IMG/VR virus record: IMGVR_UViG_3300029267_003268 | Span: 1-53,395 of that record | DNA length: 53,395 bases | Reading direction: 5' to 3' (one strand) | Source: a virus | Lineage: Duplodnaviria > Caudoviricetes | In this document: piece after piece, positions 19,835 through 30,197 of the stretch | Layout: the number at the start of each line of letters is the position of its first letter | Position numbering within the stretch: position 1 is the stretch's first letter | Made by a program: the position numbers and the translations under genes | The notes under the pieces: generated by a model | Databases searched by the model: none | Told to the model about the DNA's origin: nothing | What the model saw: only the letters and a program-made list of their open reading frames with translations

Positions 19835-22800
19835 ATGGCGACCTTTACGACCAAACAGATTGACGATGCCTTCGCCGCCGCCGATACGGTCAACAGCGAT
19901 ATCGAGCGAGCGTTCACCGCCGCCGACGCAGCCCAGCCGAAGAAGCGACGGACGCAGTTTGGGTTCGGGGCGATGGGTCCGCGCGTCGAGCCGTTGCCGA
20001 CGAAGACCCGCAGCGAAGTGGCCGCCGACATGGTGAAGGATCACGACCAGACGGGCCTGAGCTATCCGGATCTGTTCGGCATCTACGATCAGGCCGGCTC
20101 GCAGAGCGATAAGGCTGCCGCCCTGGACCAGCTCATTCTGCGCCGTCAGTATCGCGGCGTCCTGGACGAAATCGGGATGGGACTGGAATCGGGGGCCGCC
20201 AATGTGGAGGGCAGCGCCGCAGGGACGCTCGGCAGCGCACTGCGCCGCGTGGCCCGGTCGCCGTTGTTCTACGGCCTCACGCGGTTTGGTCCGTTCAACT
20301 ATGATGCCGCAAAGGTGGAGCGGGTCGGGGCGGCGTGGGACGATTACGCCCAGCAGCTCTACGACTATTCCAGTTCGCCGCTCTTTCAGCCTGGCAAAGG
20401 GGCCGGGGCCGGGGGCTGGCTGGCCAATACCGTCGCGAAAACGGCGCCCATGATGGGTCTGGCGACCGGGGCGACCTTGGCGACCGGCGGGGCGGCCGGG
20501 GGCTTTCTCGTCGGGGCCGTGGTGGAGGGCGATAACGCCTACCGCGAAGCCCTGGCCGACGGCGCGTCCGAGGAAGAGGCGCAGATGGCCCGCTACGTCG
20601 TGGGAACGGTCAACGGCGTGATTGAAGTAGCGCAGGTCGGCCACATTATGAAGCTGGGCAAGGGCGCTTCCAAGGCGGTTGCCAAGGAGTTCGCCGGCGA
20701 GGCCAGCGATCGCGCCTTGAAGAAGATTGCCCGCGTGGTCGGCAAGCTCGGGAAACAGCATATTGAAGCCTCGATCAAGGAGGGACTCGAAGAAGTGGCC
20801 CAGGAATGGGTCGGGGCCGGGGCCGCAACGATCATCTACGATAAAGATATCGACGTTGAGGACATGATAACACGGCGCTCCCCGACGGCCTTCGCCGGGG
20901 GGGCCGGGGCGGGGTTCTTCTTAGGCGGCGGGTCGCTGGTCTTCAACGCCGCCACAGAGATCGCCGAGGCGACGACCCCGGCTCAGGCAGAGCCCGAAAT
21001 CCCGCAGATGCCGATGGTCGCTACAAAGGAGACGTACGATGCGGCCGTAGCCGAACGGGAGAAAGCGGTCGCCGCACAGCAAGCCGAGACCAAACCCGAA
21101 GCCAAACCGACCGAAGAAAAACAGACCCCGCCCCCGGCCACACCCACCGAGCCGACCGTTGAGGCAAAAGCGCCGGGGGAGGCGGGGCCTGGGGAATGGA
21201 CAGAGGAAATAAGCCCTAAGACGGGCGACATCACCAAGAGAATCCGAGGAGTAGTCCCAAAAGGAGAAGAAGGCGAAGGGGGGGCGATAGAGGTTACGCT
21301 AACATTCAACAAAGACGGAAGTCTGCGCTGGGTTACGGCGAACCACCCCGGAACTCATAATTTTGAATCACAAGTCCAGTTAGACATCGGATTTTTCCCA
21401 GACGGGGCTGGAGGCTTTCGCGCACTTACGGTCCACGATGACCCGTCTTTGGTTCTGCCGCGAATAGACGATATTATCACCCCGGCGACGCAAGAAACAA
21501 TGCCGGGCGCGGCGGGGCCTGGGGAAGCCACTACCGAAAAGGAGGCCGAACATGCCGAGCGTATCCCAGAAACAGGCGAACTTCATGCGGATGTGCATGA
21601 GCAGCGCCGGGCGCAAGAAGGCCAAGAAGAAGTGCCCGCCGAAGAAGGTGGCGAGGCATTACGTACAGGCCGACCGACGACTGAATCGGTGGGGGCTGTA
21701 GAGGCCCGCGAGCCGTGGGAGATGACGAGGGAGGAATATGCCCCACCGCCTCCCGCAGGTGTTTCAGAAGAGGCTCGCCACAAGGGCATGTTGGATGTCT
21801 CCGCTGTACGGGCAGGCTACGCCGCTGTATTGCGAGGTTTGGAGCCCGCCCGGTTGGTGATTGAAAAACATGGCCGTGCGCCCTATGCGGAAGTGATTAA
21901 GGCTATGCACCGGCCGGAGGCCGAAACGCTGGAATTCAACGACGCCCGCCTGGACGCCGTCGATGCGACCGTAAGTGAATTTGAGAAGGAACTGCAAAAG
22001 TACCCGGACAACGTTCTCGAAATGGTGATGCTCTCGCGCGGTCACGGGCTTGAAGGCAAGGCGCGGGCGCTGCAACGAGAAGCCTTTGCCAAAATGCCGA
22101 AGGCGCTAAAGGACTCGAAGATTCGCCGCGCGCTGGACGAAATCGCCGATGACAATTATCGCTACCTCCAGGAAGTCGCCGGGAAGGATGTAGGTAAGGT
22201 CGAAGACTACTTCTACGGCATCTACAAGGGCGGACGCAAAGTCAGTGCTTTCCTCAAACACTGGCGGACCACCGATCGTTATACCAAGCGCAAGAGCTTT
22301 CCCACCTACGCCGACGCCAAAGCCTTCGGGCTGGAAGCGCGAACGAAGAACCCCGTAGAGAATCTGCGGAGGGAGTTTCAGGCGATTGCGCGCCGGACCG
22401 CCATGCAGCAGTTGCACGATTACATGATGGCCGAGGGCAAGGGTATCTATATTGAAGAAACAGACAAGGCGCCTGCCGATTGGGACTTTATCGGGGACCC
22501 GTTGCGACCGGAGCCGGCCTTTGTCGACGCGCGCGTTGAACCGACAATGGCCGCGCTTATCAACAGCCTGATTTCTACCAATAAGATTACGCAGAACAAA
22601 GCCCTGAACGTGATGCGCAAGGTGAACAATGCCCTGCGCAGTTTGAAGTTCATCGGCAGCGCGTTTCACGCCTGGCAGATTGCCAAGCAATCTATCGCTG
22701 ATACCGGCTTCTTGGGTTTCTACAAAGGGACGTCGCGCACGGGCTTCAAGGCACTCTTTACCAACATGACGAAAGACCCCGCGCTGCGTCCTGCGTACCG

Positions 22801-24211
22801 GGACTATATTGAGCACGGCGGCGGCCATCAATACTCTATTGAGTCCGAGGCCCAGCGCGCCGTCAAGAGCATGATGCACGAACTCGACGCAGGGTCCAGG
22901 GTAATCCTCAAAGGCGTAGCGGCGCCGTTTAAGGTGCCCGTTGGTTTTGTGAACTGGATGTTCGAGCAGTACATCCCGGCTGTGAAGTTCGGTAAGTACC
23001 TTGATTCTGTGGGCGAAGCGGTCGGAAAGCAGGGCCGGGAGCTTACCTCGGTAGAGAAGATTGAGCTTATCAAAGAACAGCAGAATTTCTATGGCATGAT
23101 GAACGAACGCCTCTTTGGCCGTAGCGGAACGGTAACGACCGCCTTACGGTTTATCTTCATGGCGCCGGGATACGCGGAGGGCAACTATCGTACGATGTTC
23201 AAGGCCGCCACCCAATGGGGACGCGGGGCTGAGGGTTACAGCGCCGGGCGGTCCCGACGCAATATCGTCAATTCGTGGGTAGTGACTGGGACGCTTGCTA
23301 CCATTGGGACGATAATCCTGACTGGCAAGCCGCCTGAGAAACCGGAGGATCTGGATGATGTACGAGACCTATTGAAGATCGATACTGGCAAGAGAGACCA
23401 ACACGGCGACCGGATTATGATCGATCTGGCCAGCTACGATAAAGATTACTGGAACGTGGCCTTCAATACCCTGCGCGGTCGGCCGGACAAAGCGGTTACG
23501 GAATCACTCAAGCGGATTGGCGGTATGAAGGCGACCAGCTTTGAGATGCTTCACGATGCACAATCGCTGTTTCTGGGCAAGGCGATCTACGATTGGAAGG
23601 GCGACATGGTTTATCGTCCGACCGACCCGTTCGTAGAGAAAATGGCCGAACTGTTTGCACATGAGTTACGCAGGCTGGTCCCTATTTCCGTAAGCGTATT
23701 CAGTCAGAGTCGAAACAAGGGCCTGGATGATTCAGTCGCCGCAATGGAAGCGTTGATTGGATTGCGACCGACCTATGATGAGGATACCTTGAGCAAACGT
23801 GCCGCTATGCGAGACTGCTGGGACCTTCGCGAGAAGCGCGAAGCATTGGCGTGGCGATTGGATCAGTACAAAGATCCCTGGGGGGCAATAGAGTATTACA
23901 ATGAGCAGGTGAAACGGGTGCTCAAGCCCGACTTTGTGCCGAACGATATGCGGCAAGAATGGGAGAAAAAGCTACTTATTGATCCGGTTAGGGTCCTCAA
24001 TTGGAAGCATTTCCCGCCTCATGCAATGACGCTTGCGCAATTACGCAAGGCTATCGCGTCGCACATATATAAGAAACCGTACACTCGCAGTGACGGGCGA
24101 CGCTATCCTGCGGGGCACCCTCATACGGGTTATGAAGATCGGGTGGCGACGTTGCGAGCTGAACTGCAAAAACGTTCTGCCTCTACGCAAGGGACAAGGA
24201 GTACGCGATGA
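19835..24211 (+). CDS. Large internal virion / DNA-ejection protein
   Basis: 1458 aa, Gly/Ala hydrophobic segments, EGLEEVAQE motif, synteny. Confidence 0.7.
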   Translation: MATFTTKQIDDAFAAADTVNSDIERAFTAADAAQPKKRRTQFGFGAMGPRVEPLPTKTRSEVAADMVKDHDQTGLSYPDLFGIYDQAGSQSDKAAALDQLILRRQYRGVLDEIGMGLESGAANVEGSAAGTLGSALRRVARSPLFYGLTRFGPFNYDAAKVERVGAAWDDYAQQLYDYSSSPLFQPGKGAGAGGWLANTVAKTAPMMGLATGATLATGGAAGGFLVGAVVEGDNAYREALADGASEEEAQMARYVVGTVNGVIEVAQVGHIMKLGKGASKAVAKEFAGEASDRALKKIARVVGKLGKQHIEASIKEGLEEVAQEWVGAGAATIIYDKDIDVEDMITRRSPTAFAGGAGAGFFLGGGSLVFNAATEIAEATTPAQAEPEIPQMPMVATKETYDAAVAEREKAVAAQQAETKPEAKPTEEKQTPPPATPTEPTVEAKAPGEAGPGEWTEEISPKTGDITKRIRGVVPKGEEGEGGAIEVTLTFNKDGSLRWVTANHPGTHNFESQVQLDIGFFPDGAGGFRALTVHDDPSLVLPRIDDIITPATQETMPGAAGPGEATTEKEAEHAERIPETGELHADVHEQRRAQEGQEEVPAEEGGEALRTGRPTTESVGAVEAREPWEMTREEYAPPPPAGVSEEARHKGMLDVSAVRAGYAAVLRGLEPARLVIEKHGRAPYAEVIKAMHRPEAETLEFNDARLDAVDATVSEFEKELQKYPDNVLEMVMLSRGHGLEGKARALQREAFAKMPKALKDSKIRRALDEIADDNYRYLQEVAGKDVGKVEDYFYGIYKGGRKVSAFLKHWRTTDRYTKRKSFPTYADAKAFGLEARTKNPVENLRREFQAIARRTAMQQLHDYMMAEGKGIYIEETDKAPADWDFIGDPLRPEPAFVDARVEPTMAALINSLISTNKITQNKALNVMRKVNNALRSLKFIGSAFHAWQIAKQSIADTGFLGFYKGTSRTGFKALFTNMTKDPALRPAYRDYIEHGGGHQYSIESEAQRAVKSMMHELDAGSRVILKGVAAPFKVPVGFVNWMFEQYIPAVKFGKYLDSVGEAVGKQGRELTSVEKIELIKEQQNFYGMMNERLFGRSGTVTTALRFIFMAPGYAEGNYRTMFKAATQWGRGAEGYSAGRSRRNIVNSWVVTGTLATIGTIILTGKPPEKPEDLDDVRDLLKIDTGKRDQHGDRIMIDLASYDKDYWNVAFNTLRGRPDKAVTESLKRIGGMKATSFEMLHDAQSLFLGKAIYDWKGDMVYRPTDPFVEKMAELFAHELRRLVPISVSVFSQSRNKGLDDSVAAMEALIGLRPTYDEDTLSKRAAMRDCWDLREKREALAWRLDQYKDPWGAIEYYNEQVKRVLKPDFVPNDMRQEWEKKLLIDPVRVLNWKHFPPHAMTLAQLRKAIASHIYKKPYTRSDGRRYPAGHPHTGYEDRVATLRAELQKRSASTQGTRSTR
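21552..21701 (+). CDS. Nested small basic protein in +1 frame (49 aa)
   Basis: AAGGAGG RBS before ATG; MPSVSQKQANFMRM...KKVARHYVQAD. Confidence 0.5.
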   Translation: MPSVSQKQANFMRMCMSSAGRKKAKKKCPPKKVARHYVQADRRLNRWGL

Positions 24212-27200
24212 AAACGATTGTACTGGCGTTACTACTGACGGCGGCGGTGTGGGGGGCGGGGGTAGAGACTGTTTATGAACCCACAATTTATTCCTGCAAC
24301 GGCTCGACGAAGAGCTTCACCTTTTCCTGGGACATCTGGAATACGAGCGCTTCGACCCACGAGGACCTCGTCGTGATCCTGGTGGACTCCGACGGCGACC
24401 CGAGGACCCTGACGGAGAACTCCTCGGGCACCTACGGCTATTCCGTGGCCGCCACCAACAACGACTTCCGGGACGGGCCGGGCGGGACGGTGACGACCGT
24501 TACCGCGTTCGCCAGCGGCTACCAGATCGTCTTGCAGCGGGCCACGCCGCGCACGCAGACCAACAGCTACGGAACGCAGAGCGCCCCGACCGAACGGGAA
24601 GTGGGCAATTCCGTGGACCGACTGACGCTGATGGTCCAGGACCTCGCCGAGCAGGTCGGCCGGGCGCTGCGGGCGCCGGTAGTGGACTACGCCGAGGATA
24701 TGAACCTGCCCGCCGGGTTCGGCAGTGACGTCGGCTACACCTACTGGAACGGTTCGGCCTGGGTGCTGGCGACTACGGGCGTCGATATCGGGTCCCTCAG
24801 CGCCGCCTGGACCGACGTTACCGACGGCACGACCACGACGCTGGCGAACGGGCGCACCGTCCGCGACCAGTTGGGCCGGCCGTTCATCAATGTCAAGACG
24901 GACTACGACGCCGACGATACGGGGACGAGCGAGAGTAGTACGGAGATTCAGGCGGCGATAGATGCGGCGAACACCGCCGGCGGCGGTACCATCTATTTCC
25001 CGGAAGGCACGTACATCGCCGATGCGCTCACCTTGCAGAGCAATCTCACGCTACTCGGCGACGGGATTGGGGCCAGTACGATTAAGATGAAGGACTCGGC
25101 GACGGACGATTTGTTCACGGCGACCAGCGAAAACTATATCTCCGTGCGCGGCCTGACCTTCGATCTGAACGGGAGCAATCAGGGGAATCCGAGCAGTCCG
25201 GCGAGCAAACGAGGGCTCTACTTCAACACGAGCAATCACGTTCGCGTGCAGAATTGCCATTTCAAAGGCTTCTTTGAATATTACATCGATTGCTACACCG
25301 CCTCCGACATTTGGATTCAGGACTGCTACTTCACAGGCAGTGTTCCAGGTACGCCCACGGAATGGACTTCCGGCGACCTCCATTTTACAACGTGTAGTGA
25401 CGTACGAGTACAGAACTGCACGATGGACCACGCCACTCCCAGCGACGCCGACCACGCGATTATCGGGGTGTTTCTGAGTGGCGTGGTGCGCGGCCAAGTG
25501 ACGGGCAACCATTTCATCAACTGCGGGAAGGATACCGGCGGCGGGCATCAGGGCGCTGCCATCGACTTCTATCGAGACTGCGATGATGTGCACGTTCACA
25601 ACAACACCCTGGAGAGTTGCCAGTACATCGGCTGCCGCATCAGTCGTTCTACGAACATTTGGATCAGCGAATGCAGTATTGATACGAGCGATTCGGGGAC
25701 GCAGGAGGCCATCCAAATCTATGCCGACGCGACGACGGATACCGACCGTATCTGGGTGGTAGACTGCAATCTAATGACCAATGATGCCAGCGGCGAGTGC
25801 GTGCTGGTGAGCACCAATGATGCGGCCGGCGACGAGCCGAACGACATTCACATTATCGGCAATACCATGACCGGGCGGTACGGGGTCCATGTGGATACAG
25901 GCGGCTACGGTATCGAGGTCAAGGATAATGTCATCGAGACGACGTATCCCGCGATTCGGGTCGATGAAGGGGGCTCCGCCGCCGTGCTGTCCGGCGTAGT
26001 GGTTGCCGGCAACGTCTGTAGAATGCAGAACTGCGCCGACCAGTACGCCATTCAGGTGGACGGTGACGATGCGGTCGTCGCCAATAACCTGATCCTCGAC
26101 GCCTACAACGGTATCGCGCTGAAGGTCGCCAGCAACGGACTCGTCTGCGGCAATGTAATCGAAGCTTCGAACGACCATCTCCTCGTATACAACGAGACGC
26201 AGGACTGCGATGTGCATGGTAATAAGTATATCGGTGCGGGGACCGTGCTGTGGAATCAGGGGTCCGGCGTGATCGATACGGTCGTGTACGCCCGTGGGAA
26301 CAAGGCGGCGGCCGGGTCGGTGGTGATCGGCGAGGACTCCGACGACGGCACGAATACGCTCACGTTGCAGGCGCAGGCGATGACGGGGAATGTCACGCTC
26401 ACCCTGCCGGCCGACGATGGAGACAACGGGGAGGTCCTGACTACGAACGGTTCGGGCGTGACGAGCTGGTCGGCTGCCGGGGCGGGGGACATTACGGCGG
26501 TCGGCGACTCGGCCAGTGGGGCGGCCTTCACTGCCGATGGGACTGGCAACACCCTGCACTTCGAGGGGTCGAGCGCCGATGCCCACGAGACTATTATTCA
26601 GGGCTACGACGTGGCGGCAGATGTGACGTTCACCTTGCCGCCCGACGATGGAGATGCCGGAGAGCAGTTGCAGACCGATGGCTCGGGCAATCTGACATGG
26701 GAGGCCGCCGGCACGGTCTCCGTCGCTGACGACGAGAGCACAGACGACGGGCACGAGGTCGTGTTCACCACCGACAACACAAACCTGGAGTCCGACGGCA
26801 ATTTTACCTACAACCCGTCCAGCGGGACGGTTGCAGCTACCGAGTTCAGCGGCGGGGGCGGCAATCTGACCGGCGTGGATGCCGCAACGGGAGACAGCGC
26901 GACCGACTTCTTCGACGCCGGTGAAATCCCCGATGACCGGATCAGCGACACCCTGACGTCGAGTACCTGTACGGGCACCGCAGCCATAGCGACGGCGGTT
27001 ACGATTACCGACAATGAGAGTACGGCCGAGAACAATCCCCTGGTCTTTGTCCCGGACGGCGACTTGGACGGCGGCAATTTGGGTCTGGAATCGGATGGTA
27101 CGTGTTACTACACGCCGAGCACGGGCGTTATCACGACTACGGGCTTCGCCGGGGCCTTAACGGGCAATGTGACCGGCGATGTAACCGGCTCCTCCGGTAC

Positions 27201-28392
27201 CTGTACCGGCGAAGCTGCTTCTGTCACCAACGCCACCTTCACCACTGCCCTGACGGTCAATACCGGGACGGTCACGCTGACCGGCCATGCCGACAACGAT
27301 TCTGCACTGACCATTGGCAAGGGCGCGGTTTCGGTGTCCGGCACGAATACCGGGGACAATACCGTCGCGACCTCGGGCGACGCGGCGGTGGACTTCTTCG
27401 GGGCAGGCGTGGACGCTGTTACCGACGCAACGACCTGCACGGACATAGAAGGCACCAAGCTCAGTATCACCGGCGGCACGCTCAACTGCACCGAGACCGA
27501 CAGCGTCGTAGGGGCGGTCTCCGGGATCGTCAAGGCCGACGGCGGGGGCAATATCAGCGCCGCCGTGGCGGGCACCGACTACATGGCGGCGGCGAAATTG
27601 GTGGATATTGTGTGCTCCGGGACGGGCCTTTCCGGCGGGGCCGACGACGTACTGCCGGGCACCGACGCGGACGTGACCATTACCCTCACGCCGGACACCG
27701 TAGCCGGGGCGATCACTGCCGGATCGTACAACAACGATTCGATTCAAGCCGATGACATCGACACGATCAACTGCGGTACGAGCTGCACCTGGGATGCAGC
27801 GAACGACGAGATCGATGTAGACGATGACTTCCTCAAGAACGACGGTGATAGCGGCACCGGTGACTACGACTTCGGCGGAGCGGACCTGGAACTGCCGCAG
27901 GGCCAGACGCCGGACACCGACGGCGATATCGACCTGGACTTCACCGACGGCTCGGTGGTCATTCAACATGGCAGCGCCCACGCGGAATTGGCCGCCTCGA
28001 CCGATGTGGTGGTGGGCAAGCTGATTCGCTCGTTCAGCGCGACGTTGGCCTTCCCCGACTTGCTGCAAGCGGAGATTGACAACTGGCCGCTCAAGGCGAT
28101 TGAGGCCACGGAGTTCCCGCACGGCGTCGTCGTTACCGACATTCACATTAAGACCTCGGCCTCTTCCACGTATGCGATCAACGTAGAGAACTGGGATGAC
28201 CCGACAACGATCAACGGGGTCAATCCGACCATCGATGCGATCACTACCAGTTCCAGTACCGAGGCGAGTGAAGATACGATCACCTATGCCACGATAGCGG
28301 CGGGACAGATCATCATGCTCGATCTGCCTACCACCGACATTAGCTGGGTGCAGATCCAAGTCGAGTACTACGAACCTATTACGAGCCCGTAA
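24208..28392 (+). CDS. Tail spike/fibre: T7 gp17-like anchor plus right-handed beta-helix (pectate lyase-like)
   Basis: YSCNGSTKSFTF...DRLTLMVQ anchor; EIQAAIDAA..GGGTIYFPEGTY and beta-helix repeats; signal-like N-terminus. Confidence 0.85.
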   Translation: MKTIVLALLLTAAVWGAGVETVYEPTIYSCNGSTKSFTFSWDIWNTSASTHEDLVVILVDSDGDPRTLTENSSGTYGYSVAATNNDFRDGPGGTVTTVTAFASGYQIVLQRATPRTQTNSYGTQSAPTEREVGNSVDRLTLMVQDLAEQVGRALRAPVVDYAEDMNLPAGFGSDVGYTYWNGSAWVLATTGVDIGSLSAAWTDVTDGTTTTLANGRTVRDQLGRPFINVKTDYDADDTGTSESSTEIQAAIDAANTAGGGTIYFPEGTYIADALTLQSNLTLLGDGIGASTIKMKDSATDDLFTATSENYISVRGLTFDLNGSNQGNPSSPASKRGLYFNTSNHVRVQNCHFKGFFEYYIDCYTASDIWIQDCYFTGSVPGTPTEWTSGDLHFTTCSDVRVQNCTMDHATPSDADHAIIGVFLSGVVRGQVTGNHFINCGKDTGGGHQGAAIDFYRDCDDVHVHNNTLESCQYIGCRISRSTNIWISECSIDTSDSGTQEAIQIYADATTDTDRIWVVDCNLMTNDASGECVLVSTNDAAGDEPNDIHIIGNTMTGRYGVHVDTGGYGIEVKDNVIETTYPAIRVDEGGSAAVLSGVVVAGNVCRMQNCADQYAIQVDGDDAVVANNLILDAYNGIALKVASNGLVCGNVIEASNDHLLVYNETQDCDVHGNKYIGAGTVLWNQGSGVIDTVVYARGNKAAAGSVVIGEDSDDGTNTLTLQAQAMTGNVTLTLPADDGDNGEVLTTNGSGVTSWSAAGAGDITAVGDSASGAAFTADGTGNTLHFEGSSADAHETIIQGYDVAADVTFTLPPDDGDAGEQLQTDGSGNLTWEAAGTVSVADDESTDDGHEVVFTTDNTNLESDGNFTYNPSSGTVAATEFSGGGGNLTGVDAATGDSATDFFDAGEIPDDRISDTLTSSTCTGTAAIATAVTITDNESTAENNPLVFVPDGDLDGGNLGLESDGTCYYTPSTGVITTTGFAGALTGNVTGDVTGSSGTCTGEAASVTNATFTTALTVNTGTVTLTGHADNDSALTIGKGAVSVSGTNTGDNTVATSGDAAVDFFGAGVDAVTDATTCTDIEGTKLSITGGTLNCTETDSVVGAVSGIVKADGGGNISAAVAGTDYMAAAKLVDIVCSGTGLSGGADDVLPGTDADVTITLTPDTVAGAITAGSYNNDSIQADDIDTINCGTSCTWDAANDEIDVDDDFLKNDGDSGTGDYDFGGADLELPQGQTPDTDGDIDLDFTDGSVVIQHGSAHAELAASTDVVVGKLIRSFSATLAFPDLLQAEIDNWPLKAIEATEFPHGVVVTDIHIKTSASSTYAINVENWDDPTTINGVNPTIDAITTSSSTEASEDTITYATIAAGQIIMLDLPTTDISWVQIQVEYYEPITSP

Positions 28393-28403
28393 GGAGATAT
28401 TTG

Positions 28404-28523
28404 ATGGCAACGAAACGAGGCACACCGAAGCGCGATGGCAGCGGCCGGGGCGCGCGAGCCAATCGAGGTAGGGGCGGATGCAAGACAACCCGCTCCACAG
28501 GCAGAGGCAGAAACAGGAGATAG
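28404..28523 (+). CDS. 39-aa Arg/Gly-rich peptide
   Basis: AAGGAG RBS; MATKRGTPKRDGSGRGARANRGRGGCKTTRSTGRGRNRR; fills the intergenic gap exactly. Confidence 0.6.
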   Translation: MATKRGTPKRDGSGRGARANRGRGGCKTTRSTGRGRNRR

Positions 28524-28527
28524 TAAA

Positions 28528-29253
28528 ATGGCAACGATGAAACGCAAACTGTTTGGCTACGGCCTCGTCGTTGTGATTGTCGCAGCGGTTTTCTGGATGG
28601 TGACGACGATCTATGCCGCAACATTCGATGCCACGAAGTCGTATGGGCAACTCTTGGACTGGACAATGTTGGACCAGCGAGACGACACCCATACTGAGTA
28701 TGTGGATAGCGCCGTCTTGGATAGCGGCGAGTCGGCGGACTCCGCCCTGCGAATAGTTCTGCACATCGACATGGCCCACCAAGACGCCAATGCCGCCGGA
28801 GACCCCGCGTACGCCATCATTTTCGTCAAGAGCGGTGCGACCGATGAATGCTGGCATAAATTCCTCACGCTGGAGGCTACAGGCGGCACGGCCAACGCCG
28901 GAGACATCGACCGGGAAGCGGCGGCGGCTCAGAACGAAATCGGCCTGGCCAGCACCACGAATTTCGAGACGGGCGGCGATACGTATTTTGTCTTGGATGT
29001 TGGCGACATTACCGCGAGCTGTTTAGTCACGAATACGGGTGACTACGATAATGATGACGATATTGTAGTCATGGACAATCTCGTCAACACCTACGACGAC
29101 GCCGATTACCTCTATGACATCGTGGACCAGTGGTCCATACGCATCCCGGAGGCATTCCAGATAGTGAAGGTGTTGTTTACCAATACCGACGCCGATGCGA
29201 CCTACGCCGTGCGAGTCCATTACAACGTACTGACCGATGTGGATGATTCCTGA
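28528..29253 (+). CDS. Acidic hypothetical protein with N-terminal signal/TM
   Basis: AGGAG RBS; MKRKLFGYGLVVVIVAAVFWMVTTIYA. Confidence 0.7.
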   Translation: MATMKRKLFGYGLVVVIVAAVFWMVTTIYAATFDATKSYGQLLDWTMLDQRDDTHTEYVDSAVLDSGESADSALRIVLHIDMAHQDANAAGDPAYAIIFVKSGATDECWHKFLTLEATGGTANAGDIDREAAAAQNEIGLASTTNFETGGDTYFVLDVGDITASCLVTNTGDYDNDDDIVVMDNLVNTYDDADYLYDIVDQWSIRIPEAFQIVKVLFTNTDADATYAVRVHYNVLTDVDDS

Positions 29254-30197
29254 TGAAACGATTCTTGCTCATTCTATTGCTGTGCGGCGTGACCTACGCG
29301 CCGCAGAAACCCAAACCGATGTTGGGAGAGTTGATCGACCATTCGCATCCCCTGGCCCACGGTCTCGTTGGCTGCTGGCTGATGAATGAGGGGGCGGGGG
29401 GGACGGTCTATGATGTAAGCGGCAACGGGAATCATGGGACCTTGAAGAACGGCGCGGCGTGGTCGAGCGGATTGTACGGACCGGCCGTCGAGTTCGACGG
29501 CAGCGACGCGTACATTGATTGCGGTGTGTGCCCCGAGCGATTGAAATTTACCTCGTCCGATTTCACTATCGTCGCCTGGGTTAAACCAGACTCCGATCAG
29601 GCGGCGGTCATCTGTGGCAATGATATAAACACGGGGAACGGTGGCTGGTCGTTCTGGATATATACGAGTGGCTCTCTGCTGGTCTTTATGCAGGGCAGCA
29701 ATCAGACGTCCGACACGGGAGTGTGGACGGCCGGTGCGTGGAATCAGGTAGTCATCTCATTCGTCAACGGCACGAAAAAAGGCAATTGGTACGTCAACGG
29801 AATCTCGGCCGGTGGTGAGGACACGTTTGCGTACGCGCCGGAATATACGGCCGGCCGACACTTTGTCATTGGCGTCGATCCGAGGGATAATACTGGTACC
29901 GATCTCGATGGCCAACTGGATCATGTCACGGTATATTCGCGGATTCTGTCTCCCGCCGAGATTGCCAGTCTCTACACCGACTCGTTCCAGATGTTCGAGT
30001 CAACGCCGGCCTGGGCCCACTACAGCAGCGGCGAAGCGCCGTCCGGGGCGGCCCAGTTTATTGTGATTACCAGCCGCCTCGGCCCGTTGCCGATAATCCT
30101 GTTGATGACGGCGGCGCTGACCTTTGGCAAAGCGAGAAAACGAGGAGCGACGCATGGTGGAAATACTGGCACAAGCGGCAGAGCCGGCCGCCGGTAG
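29253..30197 (+). CDS. LamG/ConA-like lectin-domain protein
   Basis: GLVGCWLMNEGAG.TVYDVSGNGNHGTL, FTIVAWVK, GQLDHVTVYSRILS. Confidence 0.85.
   Translation: MKRFLLILLLCGVTYAPQKPKPMLGELIDHSHPLAHGLVGCWLMNEGAGGTVYDVSGNGNHGTLKNGAAWSSGLYGPAVEFDGSDAYIDCGVCPERLKFTSSDFTIVAWVKPDSDQAAVICGNDINTGNGGWSFWIYTSGSLLVFMQGSNQTSDTGVWTAGAWNQVVISFVNGTKKGNWYVNGISAGGEDTFAYAPEYTAGRHFVIGVDPRDNTGTDLDGQLDHVTVYSRILSPAEIASLYTDSFQMFESTPAWAHYSSGEAPSGAAQFIVITSRLGPLPIILLMTAALTFGKARKRGATHGGNTGTSGRAGRR

Noticed and set aside
3055-28857. Long antisense ORFs (e.g. 3055-4674, 11153-12763, 16530-18248, 27157-28857)
   Set aside because: Typical high-GC shadows of well-supported plus-strand genes
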